DNA from: Thermoanaerobaculia bacterium | Lineage (GTDB): Bacteria; Acidobacteriota; Thermoanaerobaculia; Multivoradales; Multivoraceae | Direction: 5' to 3' | Length of the DNA stretch: 64,000 nt | NCBI GenBank assembly: GCA_963664405.1 | Contig: OY761158.1 | Coordinates: forward strand, 1,056,001-1,120,000 | Shown: positions 1 to 8,659 of the stretch, in pieces | How the letters are laid out: each line of letters opens with the position of its first letter | Position numbering within the stretch: position 1 is the stretch's first letter | Notes under the pieces: model-generated | The model's database searches: none | Seen by the model: only the letters and a program-made list of their open reading frames with translations | Told to the model about the DNA's origin: nothing | Position numbers and translations under genes: made by a program

Positions 1-206
1 TCTTCGTTGTACTCCCGATAGAGCGGCCAAAAGACGGCCTCTTCGTCGGTACTCAAAGGCAGGCTGCCACGGATGAAGGATTCCCGATCACGCCGCATCT
101 CGGAGCGTACTCGATCCGAAACCAGAGGTTCCTGGGCAGACACGGTGGCGGCCGGAACCAGCAGCATCACGACCCAGAGAAAAATCCAAACTCGAAGTCT
201 CTTCAC
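1..206 (-). CDS. Secreted hypothetical protein, 5' part (runs off window)
   Basis: Manual translation MKRLRVWIFLWVVMLLVPAATVSAQEPL...EEAVFWPLYREYNE; GTG start with GGAGG RBS; signal-peptide-like N-terminus. Confidence 0.65.
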   Translation of the reverse strand, partial: MKRLRVWIFLWVVMLLVPAATVSAQEPLVSDRVRSEMRRDRESFIRGSLPLSTDEEAVFWPLYREYNE

Positions 207-294
207 CCATACCTCCTCGCCGTTCCACGGCACTTCAACGGCCCATCCTACCCGGGAAAAGGGTCATTCGTACATCTCGACCACGCTATCATTG

Positions 295-313
295 TGATAT
301 CATATTGAAATCA
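295..313. promoter_or_regulatory. Candidate operator TGATATCA-tat-TGAAATCA upstream of SPFH/RHH operon
   Basis: Two near-identical palindromic octamers 23 bp before the SPFH start; the operon encodes a ribbon-helix-helix protein. Confidence 0.5.
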
Positions 314-336
314 TAGATGAAGACTGGAGGTAAACG

Positions 337-1224
337 ATGACGATCACCGAAAGAGCCCACAAAGCGATGCCTGGATGGATCCCCCTACTGGTAATGCTCG
401 GACTCGTCGCTGGCGCGATCTTCGCTTTCTACACCCTCGCCAATACAGGGCGTCTGCCCCTTCTCTTCGAAGGCATCGTCCTGCTGATTGTCTTGCTGCT
501 CTTCGGCGCCTACAGAGGCTCGATAAAGAAGTCGGGATTCTTCTGGGTGAATCCCTTCTACTCCAAGAAGAAGATCTCATTGCGCGTGCGCAACTTCGAG
601 ACCAGCTCCATCAAGTCTCCCGAGACCCGCAACGATATGGGGAAAGTGGTGAAGGCAGCGGCCCGAACATCCGGAAAGCCCTCGAAGGTCAACGATCGCG
701 ACGGTAATCCGATCGAGATCTCCGCCGTTGTGGTCTGGCGGGTGGTTGACACCGCCGAGGCGCTCTTCCAAGTCGACGACTATGAGGATTTCGTCCAAGT
801 GCAGAGCGACTCTGCCTTGCGAATGCTAGCGAGTCGCCATCCCTACGACAGCGAGGACACCGAGGTCTCCCTGCGAGGCAATACCGTGGAGGTCTGCCAG
901 CAGCTTCGCCAAGACATCCAGGAGCGGCTGAGCAAGGCGGGCGTAGAGGTCATCGAAGCCCGGATCAGCCACCTCGCATACGCCCCAGAGATCGCAGCCG
1001 CCATGCTTCAGCGCCAGCAGGCCCAGGCGGTCGTCGCGGCTCGGACCAAAATCGTCGAGGGCGCGGTGGGGATGGTCCAGATGGCACTCGATCACCTCCA
1101 GCGCGATGGCATCGTAGAGCTCGACGACGAGCGCCGTGCGACCATGGTGTCGAACCTACTGGTCGTTCTCTGCAGCGATCGACACACCCAACCGGTGGTC
1201 AATGCAGGCTCGCTCTACAACTAG
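337..1224 (+). CDS. SPFH/band 7 domain membrane protein
   Basis: N-terminal TM helices; [48 protein letters not shown] motifs; GGAGG RBS. Confidence 0.9.
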   Translation: MTITERAHKAMPGWIPLLVMLGLVAGAIFAFYTLANTGRLPLLFEGIVLLIVLLLFGAYRGSIKKSGFFWVNPFYSKKKISLRVRNFETSSIKSPETRNDMGKVVKAAARTSGKPSKVNDRDGNPIEISAVVVWRVVDTAEALFQVDDYEDFVQVQSDSALRMLASRHPYDSEDTEVSLRGNTVEVCQQLRQDIQERLSKAGVEVIEARISHLAYAPEIAAAMLQRQQAQAVVAARTKIVEGAVGMVQMALDHLQRDGIVELDDERRATMVSNLLVVLCSDRHTQPVVNAGSLYN

Positions 1225-1248
1225 AGTCGGCCCCCGGAACTAACTCTC

Positions 1249-1425
1249 ATGGCCCGCACTTCCTTTCTATTGCGAACCGACCCCAGAGTTCTGGAAGCCC
1301 TGCGTCGCTGGGCTCAGGACGAGCTGCGCAGTACCAACGGACAGCTGGATTTCATCCTCAGACGGGCGCTGCGGGATGCTGGCAGGGAACCGGGGGAGAG
1401 AGACGAAGTAAGAAGTAAGCAGTAA
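1249..1425 (+). CDS. Small Arc-like ribbon-helix-helix DNA-binding protein (58 aa, not in ORF track)
   Basis: MARTSFLLRTDPRVLEALRRWAQDELRSTNGQLDFILRRAL...; typical partner downstream of this SPFH subfamily. Confidence 0.8.
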   Translation: MARTSFLLRTDPRVLEALRRWAQDELRSTNGQLDFILRRALRDAGREPGERDEVRSKQ

Positions 1426-1442
1426 AGCAGTAAAGCAGTAAA
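1405..1442. repeat. Short tandem repeat (GAAGTAA)2(GCAGTAAA)3
   Basis: Read directly. Confidence 0.8.
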
Positions 1443-1458
1443 TGGTGAGCGTGCGGGT

Positions 1459-1747
1459 GGGCTCGAGGGCGCGCTCGATCCCGAGCGGTCCGACTTCAGC
1501 GGGATCACTCCCGCGCCCGAAGGTCTCGTCCTCTCCGAGGTCGTTCATCAGGCTTGGATAAAGGTGCGAGCACGGTACCGAGGCCGCCGCGGCAACGGCG
1601 ATCATGATGGCGGCAATCGGTATGCCGGAGGATCCCGAAGTGCCGAGTCCCTTTGTCCTCGATCGGCCTTTCTACTTCGTTGTCCAGAAGCGATCAACAG
1701 GAGCTGTGCTCTTCGTCGGGCGCATTCTCGATCCAACCAAGAGCTGA
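1459..1747 (+). pseudogene. Serpin C-terminal remnant with frameshift near 1567
   Basis: DFSGI..GLVLSEVVHQAWIKV / EHGTEAAAATAIMM...FVLDRPFYFVV..RSTGAVLFVGRILDP: serpin hinge and C-terminal signature; N-terminal region absent. Confidence 0.85.
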
Positions 1748-1852
1748 CAGCGAGGCGAGCGATCTCAGCCGAGAGGCCGGTTCAAGAGGGCGAGATGAGG
1801 ACGCCCGATATACTCGAGAGACAGAAAGACTCTGAAAGGGAGGCCTCGGTCA

Positions 1853-2914
1853 ATGAGTGGACCGCACCTGAGAAGCGCTACAACGAAGAGTGCAATCCTC
1901 GCGCTGGTGCTTGGAGGTCTGCTCATCGCGGCCACGAGCCCGGCTGCTGAAAGTGACCGTCCCGCCGCGCCGCGCTCCTCGGACGGTCGGCCGGATCTGG
2001 AGGGAGTCTGGGATTTCCGAACCCTGACTCCTCTCGAAAGACCGAAAGACACGGTTGAGAAGGCCCAGCTGACGGAAAATGAGGTGGTCGAGATCGAGAC
2101 CAAGGCCGCCGCCCGCACGCAAGAGCAGGATCGGCCGAGTGACCCTGATCGCGGGGCGCCGCCGGAGGGCGCCGGCGTGGGCTCCTACAACAGCTTCTGG
2201 TACGACCAGGGTGCTCTGGTCAGCGAAGATCGCCGCACTTCGCGGATCGTCGACCCTCCGAACGGTCGACTGCCCGCGGTGCATCCTGGGGTGAAGAGAC
2301 AGATGCTTGGCGACGACCTGCCGCCGGATCTGCCGGTACGACTGCGAGTCGGCGGAATCGGCTCCTATGGCCCTGAGAGTCGCGGCCTGGCGGAGCGGTG
2401 CCTACTGGGGTTCAACATCGGCCCGCCGATCATGCCCGGCGGCTACAACCAGAACATCAGGATCGTGCAAACGAAGGATCACCTGATGATCCTCAATGAA
2501 ATGGTCCACGAAGCGAGGATCGTTCCGATCGACGGTCGGGGACGTGTGCCGATGCATATCCGCCCGTGGACCGGCTCCTCGCTGGGGCACTGGGATGGCG
2601 ACACCCTGGTTGTCGACACGGTGAACTTCAAGGATGAGCTCTCGAGCTTCTCGGCAACCGTCTTCGCGGCAGTGGGCTCGGCGAAGCACATGCGCCTCAC
2701 CAAGCGCTTTCGGCGCCTCGACGAGGGCACTCTCCACTATGAGTTCACTGTCGACGACCCTGCAACCTATTCCCGACCGTTCACTGCTGTCATGCTTATG
2801 AAAGAGACCGGGCAGCGGGTCTTCGAGTACGCCTGCCACGAGGGAAACTACGGCATGCGCAACATGCTCTCCGGCGCCCGAGCGCAGGAGAAGATGACCG
2901 CAGAGAGCAACTAG
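1853..2914 (+). CDS. Secreted hypothetical protein, EYACHEGN family paralog 1
   Basis: Signal peptide; GRPDLEGVW, RTSRIVDPPNGRLP, GHWDGDTLVVDT, EYACHEGNY shared with two paralogs in the window. Confidence 0.85.
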   Translation: MSGPHLRSATTKSAILALVLGGLLIAATSPAAESDRPAAPRSSDGRPDLEGVWDFRTLTPLERPKDTVEKAQLTENEVVEIETKAAARTQEQDRPSDPDRGAPPEGAGVGSYNSFWYDQGALVSEDRRTSRIVDPPNGRLPAVHPGVKRQMLGDDLPPDLPVRLRVGGIGSYGPESRGLAERCLLGFNIGPPIMPGGYNQNIRIVQTKDHLMILNEMVHEARIVPIDGRGRVPMHIRPWTGSSLGHWDGDTLVVDTVNFKDELSSFSATVFAAVGSAKHMRLTKRFRRLDEGTLHYEFTVDDPATYSRPFTAVMLMKETGQRVFEYACHEGNYGMRNMLSGARAQEKMTAESN

Positions 2915-3070
2915 CGGTCACAAGTACGGTTACCTTCGAGCGACGATGCGCCTCGCCAGCAAGGCGCGCGACTGAGGCGTACCCGGGGGTACGTCGCAGG
3001 GAGCGCAACGCTGGTGGAGAGGATGCAGCGTCGTTCCAAACGTGGCCGTATTTGTGACCGCATGTACTAG
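2911..3070 (+). mobile_element. CTAG-bounded hairpin element (MITE-like), copy C
   Basis: Imperfect inverted arms GCGGTCACAAGTACGGTTAC / GTGGCCGTATTTGTGACCGC; core GCAAGGCGCGC...GGCGTAC-loop-GTACGTC...GCGCAACG. Confidence 0.75.
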
Positions 3071-3477
3071 GCGGGGGTGGTCGAGGGAGTCGGCTCTGCA
3101 GCGGCCGCCAGCCGAAGCTCACCTCGAGCAGGGGAGCGCTCCAGGACGAGATCGATCACCGAGCCACTGAAGGTCTCCCACCGCTGCTCGCGAGCGGAGT
3201 GGAGCCAGTAGCGGAACGATGTAGTGATCGCTCCCATCAGCGTCGTCGCCAGTAGCTTGGAATGGAGATCGGACTCGGCCTCGCGGCCGGCGTCGCGAGA
3301 CAGGTGCTCCGCCAGGACCCTCTCCCACGCTCTCTGCGTACTGAGCCACGCGGCCTCCAGCTCCGGAGTCGCGTGGATCAGCCTGAGCGACTCGAGTGCG
3401 ATCTCGATCCCGTTCTCCGAAGCGAGCCCGGCATGGTCCGAAAAGATGTCCCAGCTCAGGTAGTACTCGCGCCTACG
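3067..3477 (-). pseudogene. Probable TetR-family C-terminal domain remnant (no start, no HTH)
   Basis: Stop-to-stop frame ...SLRLIHATPELEAAWLSTQRAWERVLAEHL...DLHSKLLATTLMGAITTSFRYWL resembles TetR ligand-binding helices. Confidence 0.45.
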
Positions 3478-3504
3478 TTACGAAAAAAGGCGAGAAATAG
3501 TGGA

Positions 3505-5181
3505 TTAGGCCCCCGGGTCGCGCCCGACCGTGCCGTCAACGACGACGCTCAAGAGACTCGGCTTGCCACTGGCGATCTCCGCTTCGACAGCCGGCCCGAC
3601 CTCGTCCGGCTCGGTGATGCGCCTCGCCGACATGCCAAGGGACTGCGCAAGCTGAACGAAGTCGATCGCGGGGTTCTTGAAGTCCATACCGATGAACTCG
3701 TCGTTCTGGTGGAAGGCAAGCAGCCGCTGCTTGAGGATCCGATAGCCGCCATTGTCGGCAATCAGATAGGTCAGCGGCAGATTGTGGTGCACAGCGGTCC
3801 ACAGCGCCTGGATCGAGTACATCGCACTGCCGTCGCCGATTACAGCGAGCACCGGCCGCTCGCGATTGGCAAGCTGGATGCCGACCGCGGCCGCGATGCC
3901 CCAGCCGATGCCACCACTCACCAGCCCGTAGTAGCTACCTCGGTCGCGATAAGGCCAGAGGCTGGTGAGCGCTCGAGTCGAGGTGAGGCCCTCGTCAACC
4001 ACGACTGCATCCTTCGGCAGGGCTTCGGTGACGCGCAGCATCACGTAGTCGGGGTCGAGCGGTCTCGCCTCGCCCATCGCTAGGGCCGACTCGCGTACCC
4101 GTTCACGCTTCGCGCTCCAGTTGTGATCCGCCAAGCCTGTCAACGCCGCCCTCGCTGCCGCCGCAAGACTCTCGCCTCCCCTCGCTTCGAGTAGAGGGTT
4201 CAGAGCTCGCAGCGTTTCCCGGACGTCGCTGCGCAGCGCGATCTCGGTGGGATAGTTCTTGCCCATCTCCCAATCTCGTTGGCCGATCTGGACCACGGCC
4301 ATGCCCTCGGGCAGCGGGTCGACCTCATGCCACACCGACATGCGCAGCACATCGGCACCGAGTACGATCAAGAGATCGTGCTGTGCGAGGATATTGTGCA
4401 CCCTGGGCTGGTGACGGTCGAGGCCGCCCATGAACGCAGGGTGCTCGGAGAGATAGTGGGCGCCGTGGGCAACCGTCTGTTGATACACCGGGGCGCCGAG
4501 GATCTCAGCGAAGCGAGCGGCTTGCGCCAGGGCGTCGCTGGTCGCCACCTCGTGACCGCTGATGATCACCGGGCTCTTGGCTTGTAGGAGGCGCTCAGCG
4601 AAGCCTTCGAGTGAGGCATCGGAAGGTCGGCTTGCGGCGTCCACGCGGGTCCTGGTGCCGAGATCGATCGTCGCCTCCTGATTGAGCACATCTCCTGGGA
4701 GGGAGAGGAAGACCGGACCTGTCGGCGGCGTCGTCGCAACCTTGGCGGCGCGGCGTACGATGCGGGGAAGGTCCTCGATTCGGCTCACCTCGACCGCCCA
4801 TTTCACGAGCGGCGCGGCGATCGGCACCAAGGAGTCGTACAGGAGCGGCTCCGTGAGACCGTGGCCCTGCTCCTGTTGGCCGGCGGTGAGGATCATCGGG
4901 GTGCCGGTGAACTTGGCGTTGTAGAGGGCGCCCATGGCGTTGCCGAGCCCCGGCGCGACGTGCACGTTGCAGGCGACGAGCTGGCCCGACGCTCGAGAGA
5001 AGCCATCGGCCATTCCCAGCACCACGGACTCCTGCAAGCCTAGGACATAGGTCAAGTCCTGGTGCTCTTTGAGAGCGTGCATGATTGGCAGCTCGGTCGT
5101 GCCCGGGTTGCCGAAGAGGTGGGTGACGCCCTCGTCCTTCAGTAGGGTCAAAAAAGCCGACCGGCCATTGATGGAGATCAT
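3505..5181 (-). CDS. ThDP-dependent enzyme, benzoylformate decarboxylase-like
   Basis: FGNPGTTELP, NVHVAPGLGNA, GDGSAMYSIQALWTA...DNGGY ThDP motif. Confidence 0.9.
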   Translation of the reverse strand: MISINGRSAFLTLLKDEGVTHLFGNPGTTELPIMHALKEHQDLTYVLGLQESVVLGMADGFSRASGQLVACNVHVAPGLGNAMGALYNAKFTGTPMILTAGQQEQGHGLTEPLLYDSLVPIAAPLVKWAVEVSRIEDLPRIVRRAAKVATTPPTGPVFLSLPGDVLNQEATIDLGTRTRVDAASRPSDASLEGFAERLLQAKSPVIISGHEVATSDALAQAARFAEILGAPVYQQTVAHGAHYLSEHPAFMGGLDRHQPRVHNILAQHDLLIVLGADVLRMSVWHEVDPLPEGMAVVQIGQRDWEMGKNYPTEIALRSDVRETLRALNPLLEARGGESLAAAARAALTGLADHNWSAKRERVRESALAMGEARPLDPDYVMLRVTEALPKDAVVVDEGLTSTRALTSLWPYRDRGSYYGLVSGGIGWGIAAAVGIQLANRERPVLAVIGDGSAMYSIQALWTAVHHNLPLTYLIADNGGYRILKQRLLAFHQNDEFIGMDFKNPAIDFVQLAQSLGMSARRITEPDEVGPAVEAEIASGKPSLLSVVVDGTVGRDPGA

Positions 5182-5277
5182 CTTTGGCCGTCGAGATCAA
5201 TCGTTGAGGCTGTTTGACACCGAGAGCATCTGTTGAGAGTGTGAAACTAACATAGGGAATAGGCTCGAACCGTTCGC

Positions 5278-6333
5278 ATGCAGACAAGGATTACGATTCT
5301 TTGCGTAGCTCTCGGACTGGTCTACGTCCCGAGCTCAGGCGCCGAAGACGGCATCCCGCGCACAGAGAGCGGCAAGCCGGATCTGTCGGGCACCTACGAC
5401 ATCGCCAGTCTGACGCAGTTTGAGCGGCCGCAGGAGTACGGCGAGAGCCTCACAATGAGCGTCGAAGAGGCTCGGAGGATCGAGGCGGTAAAAGCCGACT
5501 CGACGGCTCAGGCTGACACTGCCAGCGATCCGGATCGCGGAGCACCGCCTGCGGGCGGCGACCTGCATCTGAGCCGTGTTGGCGGTCACAACCAGTGGTA
5601 CTTCGACCGTGGTACCACCGTTTTCGCCCTCGACGGGCTCTTCCGCACTTCGATCCTCACGGACCCGCCCAACGGGCGGCTGCCGGAGCTCACCGAAGCG
5701 GGCAAGGTGAATCATCCCTGGTCTCTCGGCTGCGGCAGAGGATCGTGCCGCCCCAGGGACTACCAAGGCCCGACCGGAGACGCCTGGTGGGTCGAAGCCG
5801 AAGACAACCTCTACGACAATCCCGAGGGGCAGACCCTCGGCACGCGCTGCATCTACTCAGGCGGTCCCACCGTCCCGATACGACCCGCCTCCTACAACAA
5901 CCTCAAGACGATCACCCAAACCGAGACCCATGTGGTCATCCTGGTCGAATGGATGCATTGGGCCCGCGTCGTCCGTCTCGACTCCATCCATCTACCGTCC
6001 GAGATGCGATCACTAGGAGGAGACTCGATTGGTTGGTGGGAAGGCGACACCCTGGTTGTGGACACCACCAATTTCCTCGCCTCTCCAACCGTTCCCCGAG
6101 AAGGGTTCCACGTCGTCGAGCGCTTCCGCCGCGTCGATGGCGACACCGTGCTTTACGAGTTCACGGTCGACGACCCCGACTACACGGCCCCTTTCAGCGG
6201 CTCCTTACCGTGGCCGCGGACCGACAAACGCCTCTTCGAGTACGCCTGCCACGAAGGCAACTACTCGATGGGGAATACGCTGCGCGGGGCGCGGTTATTG
6301 GAGCGAGAATGGAAAGATGAGCACGGGGGTTAA
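5278..6333 (+). CDS. Secreted hypothetical protein, EYACHEGN family paralog 2
   Basis: Signal peptide; GKPDLSGTY, RTSILTDPPNGRLP, GDSIGWWEGDTLVVDTTNF, EYACHEGNY. Confidence 0.85.
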   Translation: MQTRITILCVALGLVYVPSSGAEDGIPRTESGKPDLSGTYDIASLTQFERPQEYGESLTMSVEEARRIEAVKADSTAQADTASDPDRGAPPAGGDLHLSRVGGHNQWYFDRGTTVFALDGLFRTSILTDPPNGRLPELTEAGKVNHPWSLGCGRGSCRPRDYQGPTGDAWWVEAEDNLYDNPEGQTLGTRCIYSGGPTVPIRPASYNNLKTITQTETHVVILVEWMHWARVVRLDSIHLPSEMRSLGGDSIGWWEGDTLVVDTTNFLASPTVPREGFHVVERFRRVDGDTVLYEFTVDDPDYTAPFSGSLPWPRTDKRLFEYACHEGNYSMGNTLRGARLLEREWKDEHGG

Positions 6334-6386
6334 ACTACCTACTTCACAGCCCAAAGATCTCTACTAATCGCCAAGAGGATCCATCG

Positions 6387-7154
6387 ATGTTCAAACAGTT
6401 CCGGTTCGCAATCATGGGGGTGGCGTTGGTGATGCTGGCAGCACCAGGGTTGCTCGCTCAGAGCCTGTCACTCGAAACGGCGGAAGGTCTGACCCTGCAC
6501 AACAGCATCGCGAAGGGCTCGACCCTGCAAGGCAAAAAAGGTATCCAGCTGACCGCCGACCCGGCGGTTGCGAAGGCAACAGCCGCCAAACGAGACAAGC
6601 TACTGGCGGAGATGCAGGCGAAAGGCGAGAGGCCCTCCGGCCCCGCATCCTTCGAGAGCCTTCGCACCAACCATCTCGGGTTCATTGACGGTGTCGACTT
6701 CAGCAACGGCACAATCGAAGTCGAGCTCGCAGGCTCACCCGCACCGGGGGCTCAGGGAGGCGCGCGTGGCTTCGTAGGAGTGGCGTGGAGAGTTCAGGAA
6801 GACAATGAGCACTACGACTGCTTCTACCTCCGCCCCACCAACGGTCGTGCCGACGATCAAGAGCGCCGCAATCACAGCGCCCAGTACATCTCGCACCCCG
6901 AGTGGACCTGGTACCGCTTCCGTGAAGAGAGTCCGAGCAAGTACGAGACCTACGTCGACATCGCCCCGAGTGAGTGGATCAAAGTGAAGATCACCGTCGA
7001 AGACGAGAAAGCGCGCCTTTACGTCAACGGAGCCGAGCACCCGGCGCTAGTCATCAACGACGTCAAGTCAGGCGCCAACGCCAGCGGCAGAGTCGCCCTC
7101 TGGATCGAAGGCTCCACCATCGGCTACTTCCGCAACCTAAGAATCACAAATTGA
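6387..7154 (+). CDS. Secreted beta-sandwich protein, DUF1080/3-keto-disaccharide hydrolase-like
   Basis: Signal peptide; FSNGTIEVELAG, GFVGVAWRV, YLRPTNGR, GRVALW..YFRNLRI. Confidence 0.65.
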   Translation: MFKQFRFAIMGVALVMLAAPGLLAQSLSLETAEGLTLHNSIAKGSTLQGKKGIQLTADPAVAKATAAKRDKLLAEMQAKGERPSGPASFESLRTNHLGFIDGVDFSNGTIEVELAGSPAPGAQGGARGFVGVAWRVQEDNEHYDCFYLRPTNGRADDQERRNHSAQYISHPEWTWYRFREESPSKYETYVDIAPSEWIKVKITVEDEKARLYVNGAEHPALVINDVKSGANASGRVALWIEGSTIGYFRNLRITN

Positions 7155-7240
7155 TCGCTTTCCAAGGGTTCCACCCACTTCGCTACCAAAAACTGATCGC
7201 TCTCGATCGCTCTCCAAGAGTCCCACCCACTTGCCAACCA
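7148..7240. repeat. Degenerate tandem repeat carrying GGGTGGNACY on the minus strand (RAYT left flank)
   Basis: tgatcgctttccaagggttccacccactt and gatcgctctccaagagtcccacccactt. Confidence 0.6.
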
Positions 7241-7446
7241 AGAACCGAATCCTCCCCGAGACTTCGCCAACAATGTGGCGAGATGCCCTTGGCACACACC
7301 TCTGGATGCCTTCCGGAGTGCCTCGGCGCCGCTAGCTCCCCTATCGGGGTGAAAATCGTTGGCGCTCGACGCAGCTCCGCCGCGCGGCTCCCTCCAGGAC
7401 GAAGGGGCAACAGCGGCGAAAACGAGGTACTGCGGCAGGATCTCGG

Positions 7447-8346
7447 CTAGTCGGGACCCGCTCGAATCTCCGGCACGTAGGGCAATCCTGGTGGGAAACA
7501 CCCTGCTGGGAAGATCGCTTCTTTGTCCCCCTGCTTGAGCCTCTCCGCGGCTTCTCGGTAAGCAGAGACGAACTCCCGGAGCTCTTCTCGGAGCTCGCGC
7601 CTCGCTTGTGCAGTTGCCGCGTGAAAGGTGGGAGCCGGAGAGCTGTCGATCTCTTTGGGGCGCTCGAGGGGGTCCTGAGAGCGGATCACGTCAGGACCTA
7701 AGGGTTTGCTACGGGCCTCTCTATGACGCAGGCGAGTCTCCCGCTCAATGCGGTCCACGATTTCAGCAACCCGTCCACAGCGCTCGAGCCGCGATAGTAG
7801 TTCCCAGCGCGGCAAGGGCCATAAATGGATCGTCTCCTCGACAAGGAAGTCTTTTGGATCCAGTATTTTGCCGGACCGTCTCGCTCGGTTCTCCGCGGTC
7901 AGATCTCGCCACACGCCCCGGACCTCGGAGTAGCCACGGAGAAGCTCACTGGCACAATGAACCCCGGGCCAGTCACTCGGTCTGATCACCAGGTTCTCTT
8001 TGCTTCCCTGGGAAAGCATGTAGAAGAGACGCGAAATCTGGGCTTCCTCTTCATCCGAGACAACGATGTGCTGATACCGGCGCGACCAAAACTTATCCGT
8101 CCAATTATGAAGACGACCGACCTTGCGTGCCACGTTGCCATTGACGAACTGCATAAAGCTCGAGAGCTGCTTCGTGCTCTCTGGGAGGAGCAGCATGTGG
8201 GAGTGATTCGAGAGAAAGGCGTAGGCGCAGATCTTCATGCCAGTGTGCCGTTGGCCCCGACCCAGGACCCCACGGATCGTCGCATTGCCCTCAGGAGAAG
8301 GGCTGAGGAGATAACGACCCTGAATCGTACGGGTGGTTACTTCCAC
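7447..8346 (-). mobile_element. HUH (Y1) transposase, REP-associated tyrosine transposase (RAYT)-like
   Basis: EVTTRT, CAYAFLSNHSHML (HUH), FWSRRY, C-terminal FPAGCFPP. Confidence 0.8.
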
Positions 8347-8492
8347 CAGCCTCCCGGAGACACATCCTCATAGCTTGCGCACGTCTTGCCAACTCTCCTA
8401 ACACCCTCTATAGACGCAAGAAACCTTCGCAACCTTGCTGCTGTGTGCATTCTCGTCGTGAGCCGTACACTTGACCCACTTCGGAGTAGATT

Positions 8493-8539
8493 GGGTGGTA
8501 CCTCGGGAATGAGGTGAAAACTCGGGTGGCACCTCGGGA
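8493..8539. repeat. Direct repeat GGGTGG(T/C)ACCTCGGGA x2 (RAYT right flank)
   Basis: 16-bp copies at 8493 and 8524, 1 mismatch. Confidence 0.65.
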
Positions 8540-8659
8540 TGGGCGCAGGGGCTCTGAGGCGGCGCTCTCTGACTGCGACCGAGGTATCCTTGAGGCTGTA
8601 ACAAAAACGGACGGGGTCGCCGGCGGTAGCCTTCGACTGAATTGAGCGTGGGGGAAGAG

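Noticed and set aside
7290-7310. Sigma54 promoter at TGGCAC
   Set aside because: No TTGC at the -12 position
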